Assembly: GCA_965215505.1 (NCBI GenBank)
Contig: OZ244065.1
Coordinates: 448,001 to 512,000, forward strand
Length of the DNA stretch: 64,000 nt
Reading direction: 5' to 3'
Origin: Capsulimonadaceae bacterium
GTDB lineage: Bacteria > Armatimonadota > Armatimonadia > Armatimonadales > Capsulimonadaceae
Shown piece after piece: positions 19,408-27,825 of this stretch; within the stretch, counting starts at the first letter, position 1; each line of letters begins with the position of its first letter. The notes beneath the pieces were generated by a model. The model did not search any database and was not told the DNA's origin. It worked only from the letters and a program-made list of their open reading frames with translations. The translations under genes were made by a program, and so were the position numbers.

Positions 19408-21249
19408 ATGGCGGAAGTGGATTTGAAAGAACTCGCGGCGCAGCTCCGCGTGGACAGCATCCGGTGTACGACGGCGGCGGGGTCGGGACACCCGACCTCG
19501 TCCATGTCGGCGGCGGACCTCATGGCCGTACTGCTCGGCAAGTACCTCAAGTACGACTGGTCGAACCAGAAGAACCCCGGCAATGATCACCTGATCCTCA
19601 GCAAAGGCCACGCCTGCCCGGTTCTGTACTCGATGTTCAAGGCGGCGGGCGCGATCTCCGACGAGGAGCTGCTGACCCTTCGCCAGTTCGGCAGCCGGCT
19701 GGAAGGTCATCCGAACCCCCATGTGACGCCGTACACGGATGTCGCCACCGGCTCGCTCGGCCAGGGGCTGCCCATCGGCGTCGGCATGGCGCTCGACGGC
19801 AAGTATCTGGACAAGCTGCCCTTCAAAGTCTGGGTCCTCCTGGGAGACTCCGAAGTGGCCGAAGGCTCCATCTGGGAGGCGTGCGACAAGGCCTCGCATT
19901 ACAAGCTGAACAACCTGATCGCCATCCTGGACATGAACCGGCTCGGCCAGCGCGGCGAAACCGACCTGGGCTGGAACTCGGCCGCCTATGCCGCCCGCGC
20001 CCGCGCCTTCGGCTGCCACGCCATCGAGATTGATGGGCACGACTTGGGCGCGATTGACGCCGCCTACGCCGAGGCCATCGCGCAGACCGACCTCCCGACC
20101 TGGATCATCGCCAAGACCGATAAGGGCCACGGCGTCTCGTTCCTCTCCAACAAGGAAGGCTGGCACGGGAAAGCCCTGAGCGCCGACCAGGCCAAAGACG
20201 CCATCGCCGAACTCGGCGGCGAGCGGCACATCATCGTTGACGTCGCGAAGCCGAGCGGCCAGGCCCCCGCCGCGCCCGCCGAAACCGGGCCGCTGAAGCT
20301 GCCCGTCTATGAGATGGGGACCAAAGAGGCCACGCGCAAGGCCTACGGCGACGCCATCACCGCCCTGGGCGGATTCCGGTCGGACGTCGTCGCGCTCGAC
20401 GGCGAGGTGTCCAACTCCACCCACGCCGACGAGTTCAACAAGGCCTTCCCGGACCGCTTCTTCGAGATGTACATCGCCGAGCAGCAGCTCGTGTCCACCG
20501 CCGTCGGCCTTTCGACGCGCGGCAAGCGCGCCTTCGCCTCCACCTTCGCCGCCTTCTTCAGCCGCGCCTTCGACCAGATCCGCATGGCGAGCATTTCCAA
20601 CGCCTCCCTCTGCCTCAGCGGCTCCCACGCGGGCGTGAGCATCGGCGAGGACGGCCCCTCCCAGATGGCCCTGGAAGACCTCGCCATGATGCGCGCCGTC
20701 TGCGACAGCACGGTGCTGTACCCCAGCGACCCGAACCAGACCGCCCACCTGGTCATGCTGATGGCGGACCTGCCGCACGTCTCCTACATCCGCACCACGC
20801 GCGAGAAGCTGCCGATCCTCTACGGGCCGGACGAGACATACGAAGTCGGCGGCTCGAAGCTTGTCCACCACTCGGACGGCGATCAGGTCGCCGTCGTGGC
20901 GGCGGGCATCACGGTCCATGAGGCCAACAAGGCCTATGACCGGCTGAAGGCCGAGGGCATCACCATCCGCCTGATTGATGCCTACTCGGTCAAGCCCATC
21001 GACAAGGAAACCCTGCACCGGGCCGCCCAGGACTGCGGCGGCAAGCTGGTCGTCGTCGAGGATCACTGGTTCGAGGGCGGCATCGGCGACGCCGTGTTAG
21101 ATGCCTTCGTCGGCGTCGGCGACCACGCCCCCACGGTCGTCAAGCTCGCCGTCTCCAAGATGCCCGGCTCCGGCAAGCCCGCCGAACTGCTCCACGCCGC
21201 GAGGATAGACGCCGACGCCATCGTCGAGGCCGTCAAGTCGCTGCTGTAG
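19408..21249 (+). CDS. tkt: Transketolase
   Basis: GSGHP, LSKGHA, LEGHP, ATGSLGQG, GDSEVAEG TPP motif, IAEQ, GEDGPSQ. Confidence 0.95.
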   Translation: MAEVDLKELAAQLRVDSIRCTTAAGSGHPTSSMSAADLMAVLLGKYLKYDWSNQKNPGNDHLILSKGHACPVLYSMFKAAGAISDEELLTLRQFGSRLEGHPNPHVTPYTDVATGSLGQGLPIGVGMALDGKYLDKLPFKVWVLLGDSEVAEGSIWEACDKASHYKLNNLIAILDMNRLGQRGETDLGWNSAAYAARARAFGCHAIEIDGHDLGAIDAAYAEAIAQTDLPTWIIAKTDKGHGVSFLSNKEGWHGKALSADQAKDAIAELGGERHIIVDVAKPSGQAPAAPAETGPLKLPVYEMGTKEATRKAYGDAITALGGFRSDVVALDGEVSNSTHADEFNKAFPDRFFEMYIAEQQLVSTAVGLSTRGKRAFASTFAAFFSRAFDQIRMASISNASLCLSGSHAGVSIGEDGPSQMALEDLAMMRAVCDSTVLYPSDPNQTAHLVMLMADLPHVSYIRTTREKLPILYGPDETYEVGGSKLVHHSDGDQVAVVAAGITVHEANKAYDRLKAEGITIRLIDAYSVKPIDKETLHRAAQDCGGKLVVVEDHWFEGGIGDAVLDAFVGVGDHAPTVVKLAVSKMPGSGKPAELLHAARIDADAIVEAVKSLL

Positions 21250-21262
21250 GCGCTTCCATTGC

Positions 21263-21293
21263 AAGGCCGCCCCTGGTTTCAGGGGCGGCCTTT
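21263..21293 (+). terminator. Intrinsic terminator
   Basis: AAGGCCGCCCCTG-GTTT-CAGGGGCGGCCTTT. Confidence 0.8.
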
Positions 21294-21346
21294 CTCATTC
21301 CGGTCTGATAGGGTACACTGATGCAAAAAAAGTTTATGCCCTTCTG

Positions 21347-21505
21347 GTGACGTATGTTCCCACATGGCTGAATAGGCGGCGGGAGAAAACGTTGCGTCAG
21401 AATATCATCGAGGGCTGCCGCGAGATGCGGGGCATAAACATCGAGATCGAGCGGGAGTTTCACCCGCTGGAGGAAGAAGTCGCCTGCGCGAATCCTCCCG
21501 AATGA
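21347..21505 (+). pseudogene. Possible antitoxin C-terminal remnant
   Basis: Short frame LRQNIIEGCREMRGINIEIEREFHPLEEEV. No clear start or N-terminal DNA-binding domain. Confidence 0.35.
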
Positions 21506-21541
21506 ACCCGGCATCCCATCAAGACGACGAGAGGGGCTAGG

Positions 21542-22453
21542 ATGAGCAAGCGAGAGGTCCGCTGGGAGCGCATGTTCCCCGACGAACTGGAACGGGCATT
21601 TGCCGAGTGTCCCCTGGTCTACTTCCCTTACGGCCTGTGTGAGCCGCATGGGCCGCACTGTGCCCTGGGGCTGGACGGCTTGAAGGCGCACGCCGTCGCC
21701 TGCCGGGCGGCGCGGGAGGGCGGGGGCATCGTCGCGCCGCCCGACTACTGGCACATCCACGAGATCGGCGGCTACGGGGCCTGGGCCGCGCGGAACATCG
21801 GTGAGGTCGAGCGGTCGTGGCTGACCAGCCTGCCGCCCTGGCAGCACTTCAAGAATGTTTGCTATCACGTCCGCGCCGCTGACGCCCTGGGCTTTCAGGC
21901 GGCCATCTTCCTGACCGGGCATTACGGGCCGAACTGGCGCGACTTGCAGACTCTGCTGGACCTATTGCAGCCATTTGTCGGCGCGCGTCTGTACGGACTG
22001 CCGGACTTTGAGGCGAACTCGCCCGGCTTCAATGGCAGCACCGGGGACCACGCGGGCAAAGTGGAGACGTCCCTGCTGTGGGCTTTGGAGCCGGACGGCG
22101 TGGACATGTCACGCCTCCCGGAGCGCAGCGAGCCGGGGGCACACTTCGCGATGGGACCGAGCGCGTTTGACTCCGACCGCCGGGTCGGGGAGCGGATGGT
22201 CGCCGACGAAGTGCGCTGGCTGACGGAGAAGGGGCGGGAACTGCTTGCGGCCTATGCCTCGGAGGCACCGGGTCAGAGGCTCAGGACGTTCGCGCAGGTG
22301 GAGGCGCTCTGGGCCGATGTGGTCGCCCCGCGCCTGATGCAGTTCGAGACGATGCAGGTGTGGGAGGGGGACGCGCCGCCCGCCGAGGACTCGGTCTGGC
22401 GCGCGAACTGGCCGATCCCGGCCTCACCCGTCGGCGGAGAGGGGTTCTCATGA
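21542..22453 (+). CDS. Creatininase-family amidohydrolase
   Basis: GLCEPHGPH..LGLD, LTGHYG, DHAGKVETS. Confidence 0.88.
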   Translation: MSKREVRWERMFPDELERAFAECPLVYFPYGLCEPHGPHCALGLDGLKAHAVACRAAREGGGIVAPPDYWHIHEIGGYGAWAARNIGEVERSWLTSLPPWQHFKNVCYHVRAADALGFQAAIFLTGHYGPNWRDLQTLLDLLQPFVGARLYGLPDFEANSPGFNGSTGDHAGKVETSLLWALEPDGVDMSRLPERSEPGAHFAMGPSAFDSDRRVGERMVADEVRWLTEKGRELLAAYASEAPGQRLRTFAQVEALWADVVAPRLMQFETMQVWEGDAPPAEDSVWRANWPIPASPVGGEGFS

Positions 22454-24684
22454 GGACAAAGGCGTTCCTGTTCGGTTTTCTGTGGGCGTTCCTGTACGGC
22501 ACACCGGCCTGGCCGGACTCCCTGCCGCCGCCGGTCATCCCGCAGTGCGTGGGCGTCAACATCCACTTCACCGGCGCACCGGCGCGGGACCTGGACGGGA
22601 TTCAGGCGGGCGGCTTCGGCTGGGTCCGCATGGACTTCGTGTGGAGCGCCATCGAGAAGGTGAAGAGCCAGTACGACTTCGCTGCCTACGACGCGCTCCT
22701 CGCCGGGCTGACGGCCCGCCACATCAAGCCGCTGTTTATCCTCGACTACGGCAACGACCTATACCAGACCGGCTCGCCGCGCTCGCCCGAGGCGCGGGCG
22801 GCCTTCGCGCGGTTCGCCGCCGCCGCCGTGACACACTACAAGGGCAGACCGATCCTGTGGGAGATCTGGAACGAGCCGAACATCGGGTTCTGGAAGCCCG
22901 CCCCGAACGCCGCCGAGTATGGGCGGCTGGCGTTCGAGACGGCACGCGCCATCAAACAGGCCGACCCGAGCGCGACGGTGCTTGCGCCGGGATCGTCCTC
23001 CATCCCGCTGGATTTCCTGGAAAGTGCCTTCCAGACCGGCCTGCTGCGCTACATTGACGCCGTTTCGTTGCACCCGTATCGCGGCGACAAGCCCGAGAGC
23101 GCGGCGGCGGACTACCCCGCCGTGCGCCGGCTGATCCGGAAGTATGCGCCGCCCGGCAAGGCCGTCCCGCTCGTATCGTCCGAGTGGGGCTACACGGCCC
23201 TCAACATCACGGAGGAGCGGCAGGGGGAGTATCTGGCGCGGCAATGGCTGTCCAACCTGGCTGAGGGCGTGCGCCTGAGCATCTGGTACGACTGGCACGA
23301 CGACGGGCTGGACCCGAAGGAGGGCGAACACCACTTCGGGACGGTCCACAATGACTACACGCCCAAGCCCGCGTTCGAGGCGGCGCAAAGGCTGACGCGG
23401 GCTTTGGGCGGCTATCGTTTCGTCAAGCGACTTCCGCTGGCGTCAGATCAAGACTATCTGCTGCTGTTCGCTCAGGGGAAGGCGGTGAGAACGGCCTCCT
23501 GGACGACAGGGCCGGGCCACGCCGTCTCGCTGCCCGGCGGCGGGCGGCTCGCCCTGACCGGCAGCCCGCAGTACCAGGACGCGGGCAGTGATGCGGCCCT
23601 CCGCGCCGCCGCGTCCTGGTCGGTGACGGCGGGGGACGGGTTCTACTCGGCGGGGCAAACGCCGACATTCGTCCTATCCTATCACAGCACGGATGGTCGC
23701 CGCCACAGTACCCGGCTTCTGGCCGCAGTGACGGTTCCTGGCGACGCGCCGAAGTCGGTCGCAAGCCGGCAAGACCAGGCGGGGCCGGGGGGAACGTGGC
23801 GCTGGGGGATTGTGGTGCCTGGACTCGCGCGCGTCCCCGTGCAGATGCGCGTCAGTCTCGCGCTCGACGGTGTCCGGCAGCCATACCCGCAGGAGGTTAC
23901 GCTTCTACCGACCGACCCGCTGACACTCTCGGTCGCGCCGCTAACGGACCACAGCCTACAGGTACACATCGCCAATGCCGCCGGCACGGCGTTTGCAGGC
24001 AGCCTGAGCCTCATGCCTGGCGCGGCGGCAGGAAATCCGGTGCGCCTGACGGTGGGGCAGACAGAGCTTGACGTGACTCTGCCCACCGACCCTCGCCTCG
24101 GCACGGGCCTCTCCCTGCGGGACGCGCGAGGGCGGCTGGTCGCCCGTCTCCCCGCGACCCGGTTCGTTCCCTACGATGCCGCGCTCCCCGCACTCCGCGC
24201 CGTGCTGGACGGTGACGCGAAGGTCCCAACGGTCGTCCATCTTGACGCGGCTTCTGCCCCGCCGGGCGGTGGCCCGGCCCTACTCTTGGACTACCAATTC
24301 GCGCCCGGCTGGTCCTTCGTGCGCGTCGCCGAGGGTCAGCCTGCCGCCTTGCCGGGAAGGCCGCTGGGCCTGGGCCTATGGGTGCATGGGGACGGCAGCG
24401 GCAACCTGGCCCGGATGCGGTTCCGGGACGCGACGGGGCAGACACTTCAAGTGAACGGCCTGCCGGTGGACTGGTCGGGCTGGCGCTTCGTCCCCTTCCT
24501 GCTCGTCCCGCCGCCCGGCAAGTCCGCCGACCTCGGCCACTGGGGCGGTGTGAACGATGGCCAGGTCCACTACCCCGTCACCGTGGACACCCTGTTCCTG
24601 TTCGACTCCCGCCCGGATGCGCCCCGGCACCGGGGGATGGTCTGGGTCAAGCAGCCCACGGTGATCTACGGCGCGGACAAATAG
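22450..24684 (+). CDS. Secreted clan GH-A glycoside hydrolase (GH39/GH5-like) with C-terminal CBM-like domain
   Basis: Signal peptide, WVRMDFVW, WEIWNEPN acid/base, SLHPY, SSEWG nucleophile. C-terminal LWVHGDGSG..VDWSGWRFV. Confidence 0.85.
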   Translation: MRTKAFLFGFLWAFLYGTPAWPDSLPPPVIPQCVGVNIHFTGAPARDLDGIQAGGFGWVRMDFVWSAIEKVKSQYDFAAYDALLAGLTARHIKPLFILDYGNDLYQTGSPRSPEARAAFARFAAAAVTHYKGRPILWEIWNEPNIGFWKPAPNAAEYGRLAFETARAIKQADPSATVLAPGSSSIPLDFLESAFQTGLLRYIDAVSLHPYRGDKPESAAADYPAVRRLIRKYAPPGKAVPLVSSEWGYTALNITEERQGEYLARQWLSNLAEGVRLSIWYDWHDDGLDPKEGEHHFGTVHNDYTPKPAFEAAQRLTRALGGYRFVKRLPLASDQDYLLLFAQGKAVRTASWTTGPGHAVSLPGGGRLALTGSPQYQDAGSDAALRAAASWSVTAGDGFYSAGQTPTFVLSYHSTDGRRHSTRLLAAVTVPGDAPKSVASRQDQAGPGGTWRWGIVVPGLARVPVQMRVSLALDGVRQPYPQEVTLLPTDPLTLSVAPLTDHSLQVHIANAAGTAFAGSLSLMPGAAAGNPVRLTVGQTELDVTLPTDPRLGTGLSLRDARGRLVARLPATRFVPYDAALPALRAVLDGDAKVPTVVHLDAASAPPGGGPALLLDYQFAPGWSFVRVAEGQPAALPGRPLGLGLWVHGDGSGNLARMRFRDATGQTLQVNGLPVDWSGWRFVPFLLVPPPGKSADLGHWGGVNDGQVHYPVTVDTLFLFDSRPDAPRHRGMVWVKQPTVIYGADK

Positions 24685-24750
24685 GCCGGGCAGTTCGGCG
24701 GGGTGTGAATAGGGTATAATCAGGGAGTACGAGAAACGGAACACTACCAA

Positions 24751-24776
24751 ACAGAACGACACCACAGAACGACACC
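24751..24776 (+). repeat. Perfect 13-bp tandem repeat
   Basis: ACAGAACGACACC twice, downstream of GGGTATAAT. Confidence 0.8.
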
Positions 24777-24789
24777 CTGGCGACGAGGT

Positions 24790-25080
24790 TTGACCAAGAT
24801 GCTACAACGTCATGTCCCGGCACAGCGCCGGAATCCTTTGGCGGAAGAGGCGATCCCGTTGCGGACGCGCATCGCCCTCTGGAAGTGTGTCCGGCGCGAC
24901 ACGGGCTTCCTCAGCCGCTCCGAGAAGACCATGGAAGAGCTGGCGCGTCGCCTGCACGTCCAGGCGGCCCGCGCCCGGCTGCGGGCGGACCACGCGCAGG
25001 AGCTTAACCTGCCCGACCTTTCCGCCGCCGACAAGTGGTGGAAAAAGCAGTGGCAGGAGGAAGACACCCCCCGCCGGTAG
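24790..25080 (+). CDS. Small hypothetical protein
   Basis: Upstream TATAAT and GAGG, typical codon usage, followed by a terminator. Confidence 0.55.
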   Translation: MTKMLQRHVPAQRRNPLAEEAIPLRTRIALWKCVRRDTGFLSRSEKTMEELARRLHVQAARARLRADHAQELNLPDLSAADKWWKKQWQEEDTPRR

Positions 25081-25092
25081 ACACGGCAGCCC

Positions 25093-25130
25093 AAAAAGGC
25101 CCGGCCCTGATAATCAGGGCCGGGCCTATT
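25093..25130. terminator. Intrinsic terminator hairpin
   Basis: AGGCCCGGCCCTGA-TAA-TCAGGGCCGGGCCT flanked by A and T runs. Confidence 0.8.
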
Positions 25131-25153
25131 CTACATCGGAAAGGAAGACCCCG

Positions 25154-25948
25154 ATGAACACCCTCACGTCCAAGCTCGCCGTCCAGATGTATACGGTGCG
25201 CGACTTCACCGGCACCGTCGCCGGCCTCGCGGACACCCTCGCCAAAATCCGTGCCATCGGCTACCCCGCCGTCCAGCTCTCGGCCGTCGGCGCGATGGGG
25301 GGCGAGACGCCCGCCGTCACCCCGGAGCAGGCACGGCGGATGCTCGACGACAACGGCCTCAAGTGCATCGCCACGCACCGAGGCTGGGAAAGCCTGGCGC
25401 GCGAGACGGAGCGGGAGATCGCCTTCCACCACACCCTGGGCTGTGACTTCGCCGCCATCGGCAGCCTGCCGCCCCCCTACGCCGGGGCGGGCGGGGCGGG
25501 CTATGCCGACTGGACGCGGGAGGCCGCCCCGGTCATCGCCCGCCTCAAAGCCGCCGGCATCCGCCTGGGCTACCACAACCACGCGGGCGAGTTCGAGCGG
25601 GTCGGCGCGGGCAGCGCGGGCACACGGTTCGACGTCCTGATTGAAGAGGGCGGCCCGGACCTGTGCCTGGAACTGGACCTGTATTGGATCAGCCACGCCG
25701 GGGCGAACCCGGAGCGGCTGGTGGAGCGGTGTGCGGGCCGCGTCCCCGTGATCCACGTCAAGGACTGTGAAGTCGCGAACGGCCAGCCGGTCATGGCCCC
25801 GGTCGGCGAGGGGAACCTGGACTGGATGAATCTCCTGCCCGCTTGCGCCGCCGCCGGGGTCGAGTGGTACGCCGTCGAGCAGGACGTCTGCCGCCGCGAC
25901 CCGTTCGACTGCCTCCGATCCAGCTTCGAGTTCTTGACCGGCTTCTGA
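25154..25948 (+). CDS. Sugar phosphate isomerase/epimerase (xylose isomerase-like TIM barrel)
   Basis: AVQMYTVRD, YHNHAGEF, LELDLYW, IHVKD, VEQD. Confidence 0.9.
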   Translation: MNTLTSKLAVQMYTVRDFTGTVAGLADTLAKIRAIGYPAVQLSAVGAMGGETPAVTPEQARRMLDDNGLKCIATHRGWESLARETEREIAFHHTLGCDFAAIGSLPPPYAGAGGAGYADWTREAAPVIARLKAAGIRLGYHNHAGEFERVGAGSAGTRFDVLIEEGGPDLCLELDLYWISHAGANPERLVERCAGRVPVIHVKDCEVANGQPVMAPVGEGNLDWMNLLPACAAAGVEWYAVEQDVCRRDPFDCLRSSFEFLTGF

Positions 25949-25958
25949 ATAGGCCCCG

Positions 25959-26438
25959 CTAGAGCGTCCGGACAAACTCCAGCACCTGCCGGGTGTGGTC
26001 CTCCACCTTGACGCGCGGGTAGACCTTGGCGATTTTGCCTTCTTTGTCTATCACGAACGTCGTCCGCTCGATCCCCCAATACGTCTTGCCGTAGTTGTTC
26101 TTCTCCTTCCACACCCCGTAAGCCTCGGCGACCATGTGGTCGGTGTCGGCCAGGAGGGGGAAGGGGAGGGCGTGCTTCTCGGCGAACGCGACGTGCGAGG
26201 CCTGGTCGTCCGGGCTGATGCCCAGGATCGCCCCGCCCGCCGCCTCGAAGTCCGGCCCCATGTCCCGGAAGCCGCACGACTCCGCCGTGCAGCCCGGCGT
26301 GTCGTCCTTCGGGTAGAAGTACAGGACGACCGCCGACCGGCCTTTGTAGTCGGACAGGGACAGCGGCGTCTCGCCCTGACGGGTAACGGCGGGGACTCGG
26401 AAGTCCGGGGCCATGTCGCCCACGGTCAGTTCAGCCAT
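25959..26438 (-). CDS. bcp: Peroxiredoxin Bcp/PrxQ
   Basis: LYFYPKDDTPGCTAESCGFRD, ERTTFVID. Confidence 0.95.
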   Translation of the reverse strand: MAELTVGDMAPDFRVPAVTRQGETPLSLSDYKGRSAVVLYFYPKDDTPGCTAESCGFRDMGPDFEAAGGAILGISPDDQASHVAFAEKHALPFPLLADTDHMVAEAYGVWKEKNNYGKTYWGIERTTFVIDKEGKIAKVYPRVKVEDHTRQVLEFVRTL

Positions 26439-26491
26439 GCGTTGTTCTCCTTGGAGGTCTTGTTAAGGTCTGTCAGGGTAAGCCGGGCCGC

Positions 26492-26520
26492 TTGACGCCC
26501 CGACGGCGGTGTGTTAGAAT
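26492..26520 (+). promoter_or_regulatory. Sigma70 promoter
   Basis: TTGACG-N17-TAGAAT. Confidence 0.7.
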
Positions 26521-26545
26521 GGGTCTGCACGAAAGGATCTTAACC

Positions 26546-27109
26546 ATGCAGTCTCTGCGACAAACGATAATTCTATGCCTGATGGGGGCCTCCGTCCTTC
26601 CCCTGCTCGCCGGCTGCGGGGGTGGGGGCGGCGGCAACGGCAACACCGGCGGCGGGGGCACGACCGGGACATCGGGGACGGCCGGCACTTCGGGGACATC
26701 GGGGACGACCGGCCCGCCGCCCGTGACTTCGGTGAGCATCGTCGAACCCAATGGCCTGACCGCCTCGCTTTCTGAGAACGCCGGCAGTATCAGCGTCGGC
26801 GGCAGTGTCACCTACACGCTGACCCTGACCAACACTACTACGGCCGCCGTTTCCATCCATTACAGCGCCGCCGTGCCGACCCAGCCGCCCGCCGGCATCA
26901 TCGTGCGCGACTCGTCCGGCAACCAGGTCCCCGGCTCGGTCCCCGGCCCGCCCCCGCTCGACACGCTCTCGCTCGCGCCGGGGCAGACCCTCACCAGCAC
27001 CCAGACCGTCTCCGGGTACGCCGTAGCCGGGACCTATACCGCCACCGCGACATTCAGCGACGGCCCGGCCTTCGCGACCCTCGCGCCACTCTCCGTCGCC
27101 GTGCAGTAG
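26546..27109 (+). CDS. Lipoprotein with Gly/Thr linker and Ig-like domain
   Basis: Lipobox LAGC, GTSGTA repeats, YTLTLTN..LAPGQT..GTYTATATF. Confidence 0.8.
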   Translation: MQSLRQTIILCLMGASVLPLLAGCGGGGGGNGNTGGGGTTGTSGTAGTSGTSGTTGPPPVTSVSIVEPNGLTASLSENAGSISVGGSVTYTLTLTNTTTAAVSIHYSAAVPTQPPAGIIVRDSSGNQVPGSVPGPPPLDTLSLAPGQTLTSTQTVSGYAVAGTYTATATFSDGPAFATLAPLSVAVQ

Positions 27110-27122
27110 GGGTGTGATGAAC

Positions 27123-27229
27123 GGGCGGTTGAAACCGCTGCAACAAGTTCACAAAACCTGCCTTCGCAGGTTAGGTCTTAGTCGCCGAAGGGTGACTTCG
27201 TGCTTTCGTTGCCGCGACTTCAATCGCCC
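27123..27229. repeat. Nested palindromic intergenic element (REP/REPIN-like)
   Basis: Outer IR GGGCGGTTGAAACCGCTGCAAC / GTTGCCGCGACTTCAATCGCCC with two inner hairpins. Confidence 0.7.
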
Positions 27230-27255
27230 AGCCTGCTTCTTCTCCCCTTTGTCCT

Positions 27256-27810
27256 CTACCCCTCCCGCTGCGGGCGCTCCCAGATCGTCTCGGGGACGCC
27301 CGCGCGGCTGTTCACCAGCCGCGCCAGCACGAACAGATAGTCGCTCAGGCGGTTCATGTACCGCGCCACTTCCGGGTTGACCGGCTCCGACTGTTCCAAA
27401 GTCACCAGGCACCGCTCCGCCCGGCGGCAGACCGCCCGCGCCTGATGCAAGGCCGCCCCGCCCGGCGAGCCGCCCGGCAGGATGAAATGCCGGAGGGGGG
27501 GAAGCTCGGCCTCGAAGCGGTCGATCTCCGCCTCCAGCCGCGCCGTCGCCTCCGCCTCCAGCCGCCCCGCCGCGTCGCCGCGCGCAAGCGGCGTCGCCAG
27601 GTCCGCCCCGACCTCGAACAGCTCCCCCTGGATGCGCGTCAGGACCGCCCTCGCCTCCGCGTCGCCGACCAAGGTCAGGGCAGACCCCAGGACCGCGTTG
27701 CACTCGTCCACCGTCCCGTAGGTTTCCACGCGCCCCGCGTTCTTCAGGACCCGCTGGCCTCCGTACAGGCTCGTCTCCCCGCCGTCCCCGTCTCTGGTGT
27801 AAATCTTCAT
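27256..27810 (-). CDS. ATP:cob(I)alamin adenosyltransferase, PduO-type
   Basis: MKIYTRDGDGGET, YGTVDE, FILPGG, RAVCRRAER, NRLSDYLF. Confidence 0.93.
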   Translation of the reverse strand: MKIYTRDGDGGETSLYGGQRVLKNAGRVETYGTVDECNAVLGSALTLVGDAEARAVLTRIQGELFEVGADLATPLARGDAAGRLEAEATARLEAEIDRFEAELPPLRHFILPGGSPGGAALHQARAVCRRAERCLVTLEQSEPVNPEVARYMNRLSDYLFVLARLVNSRAGVPETIWERPQREG

Positions 27811-27825
27811 GGGTGAGTCTTCTGT

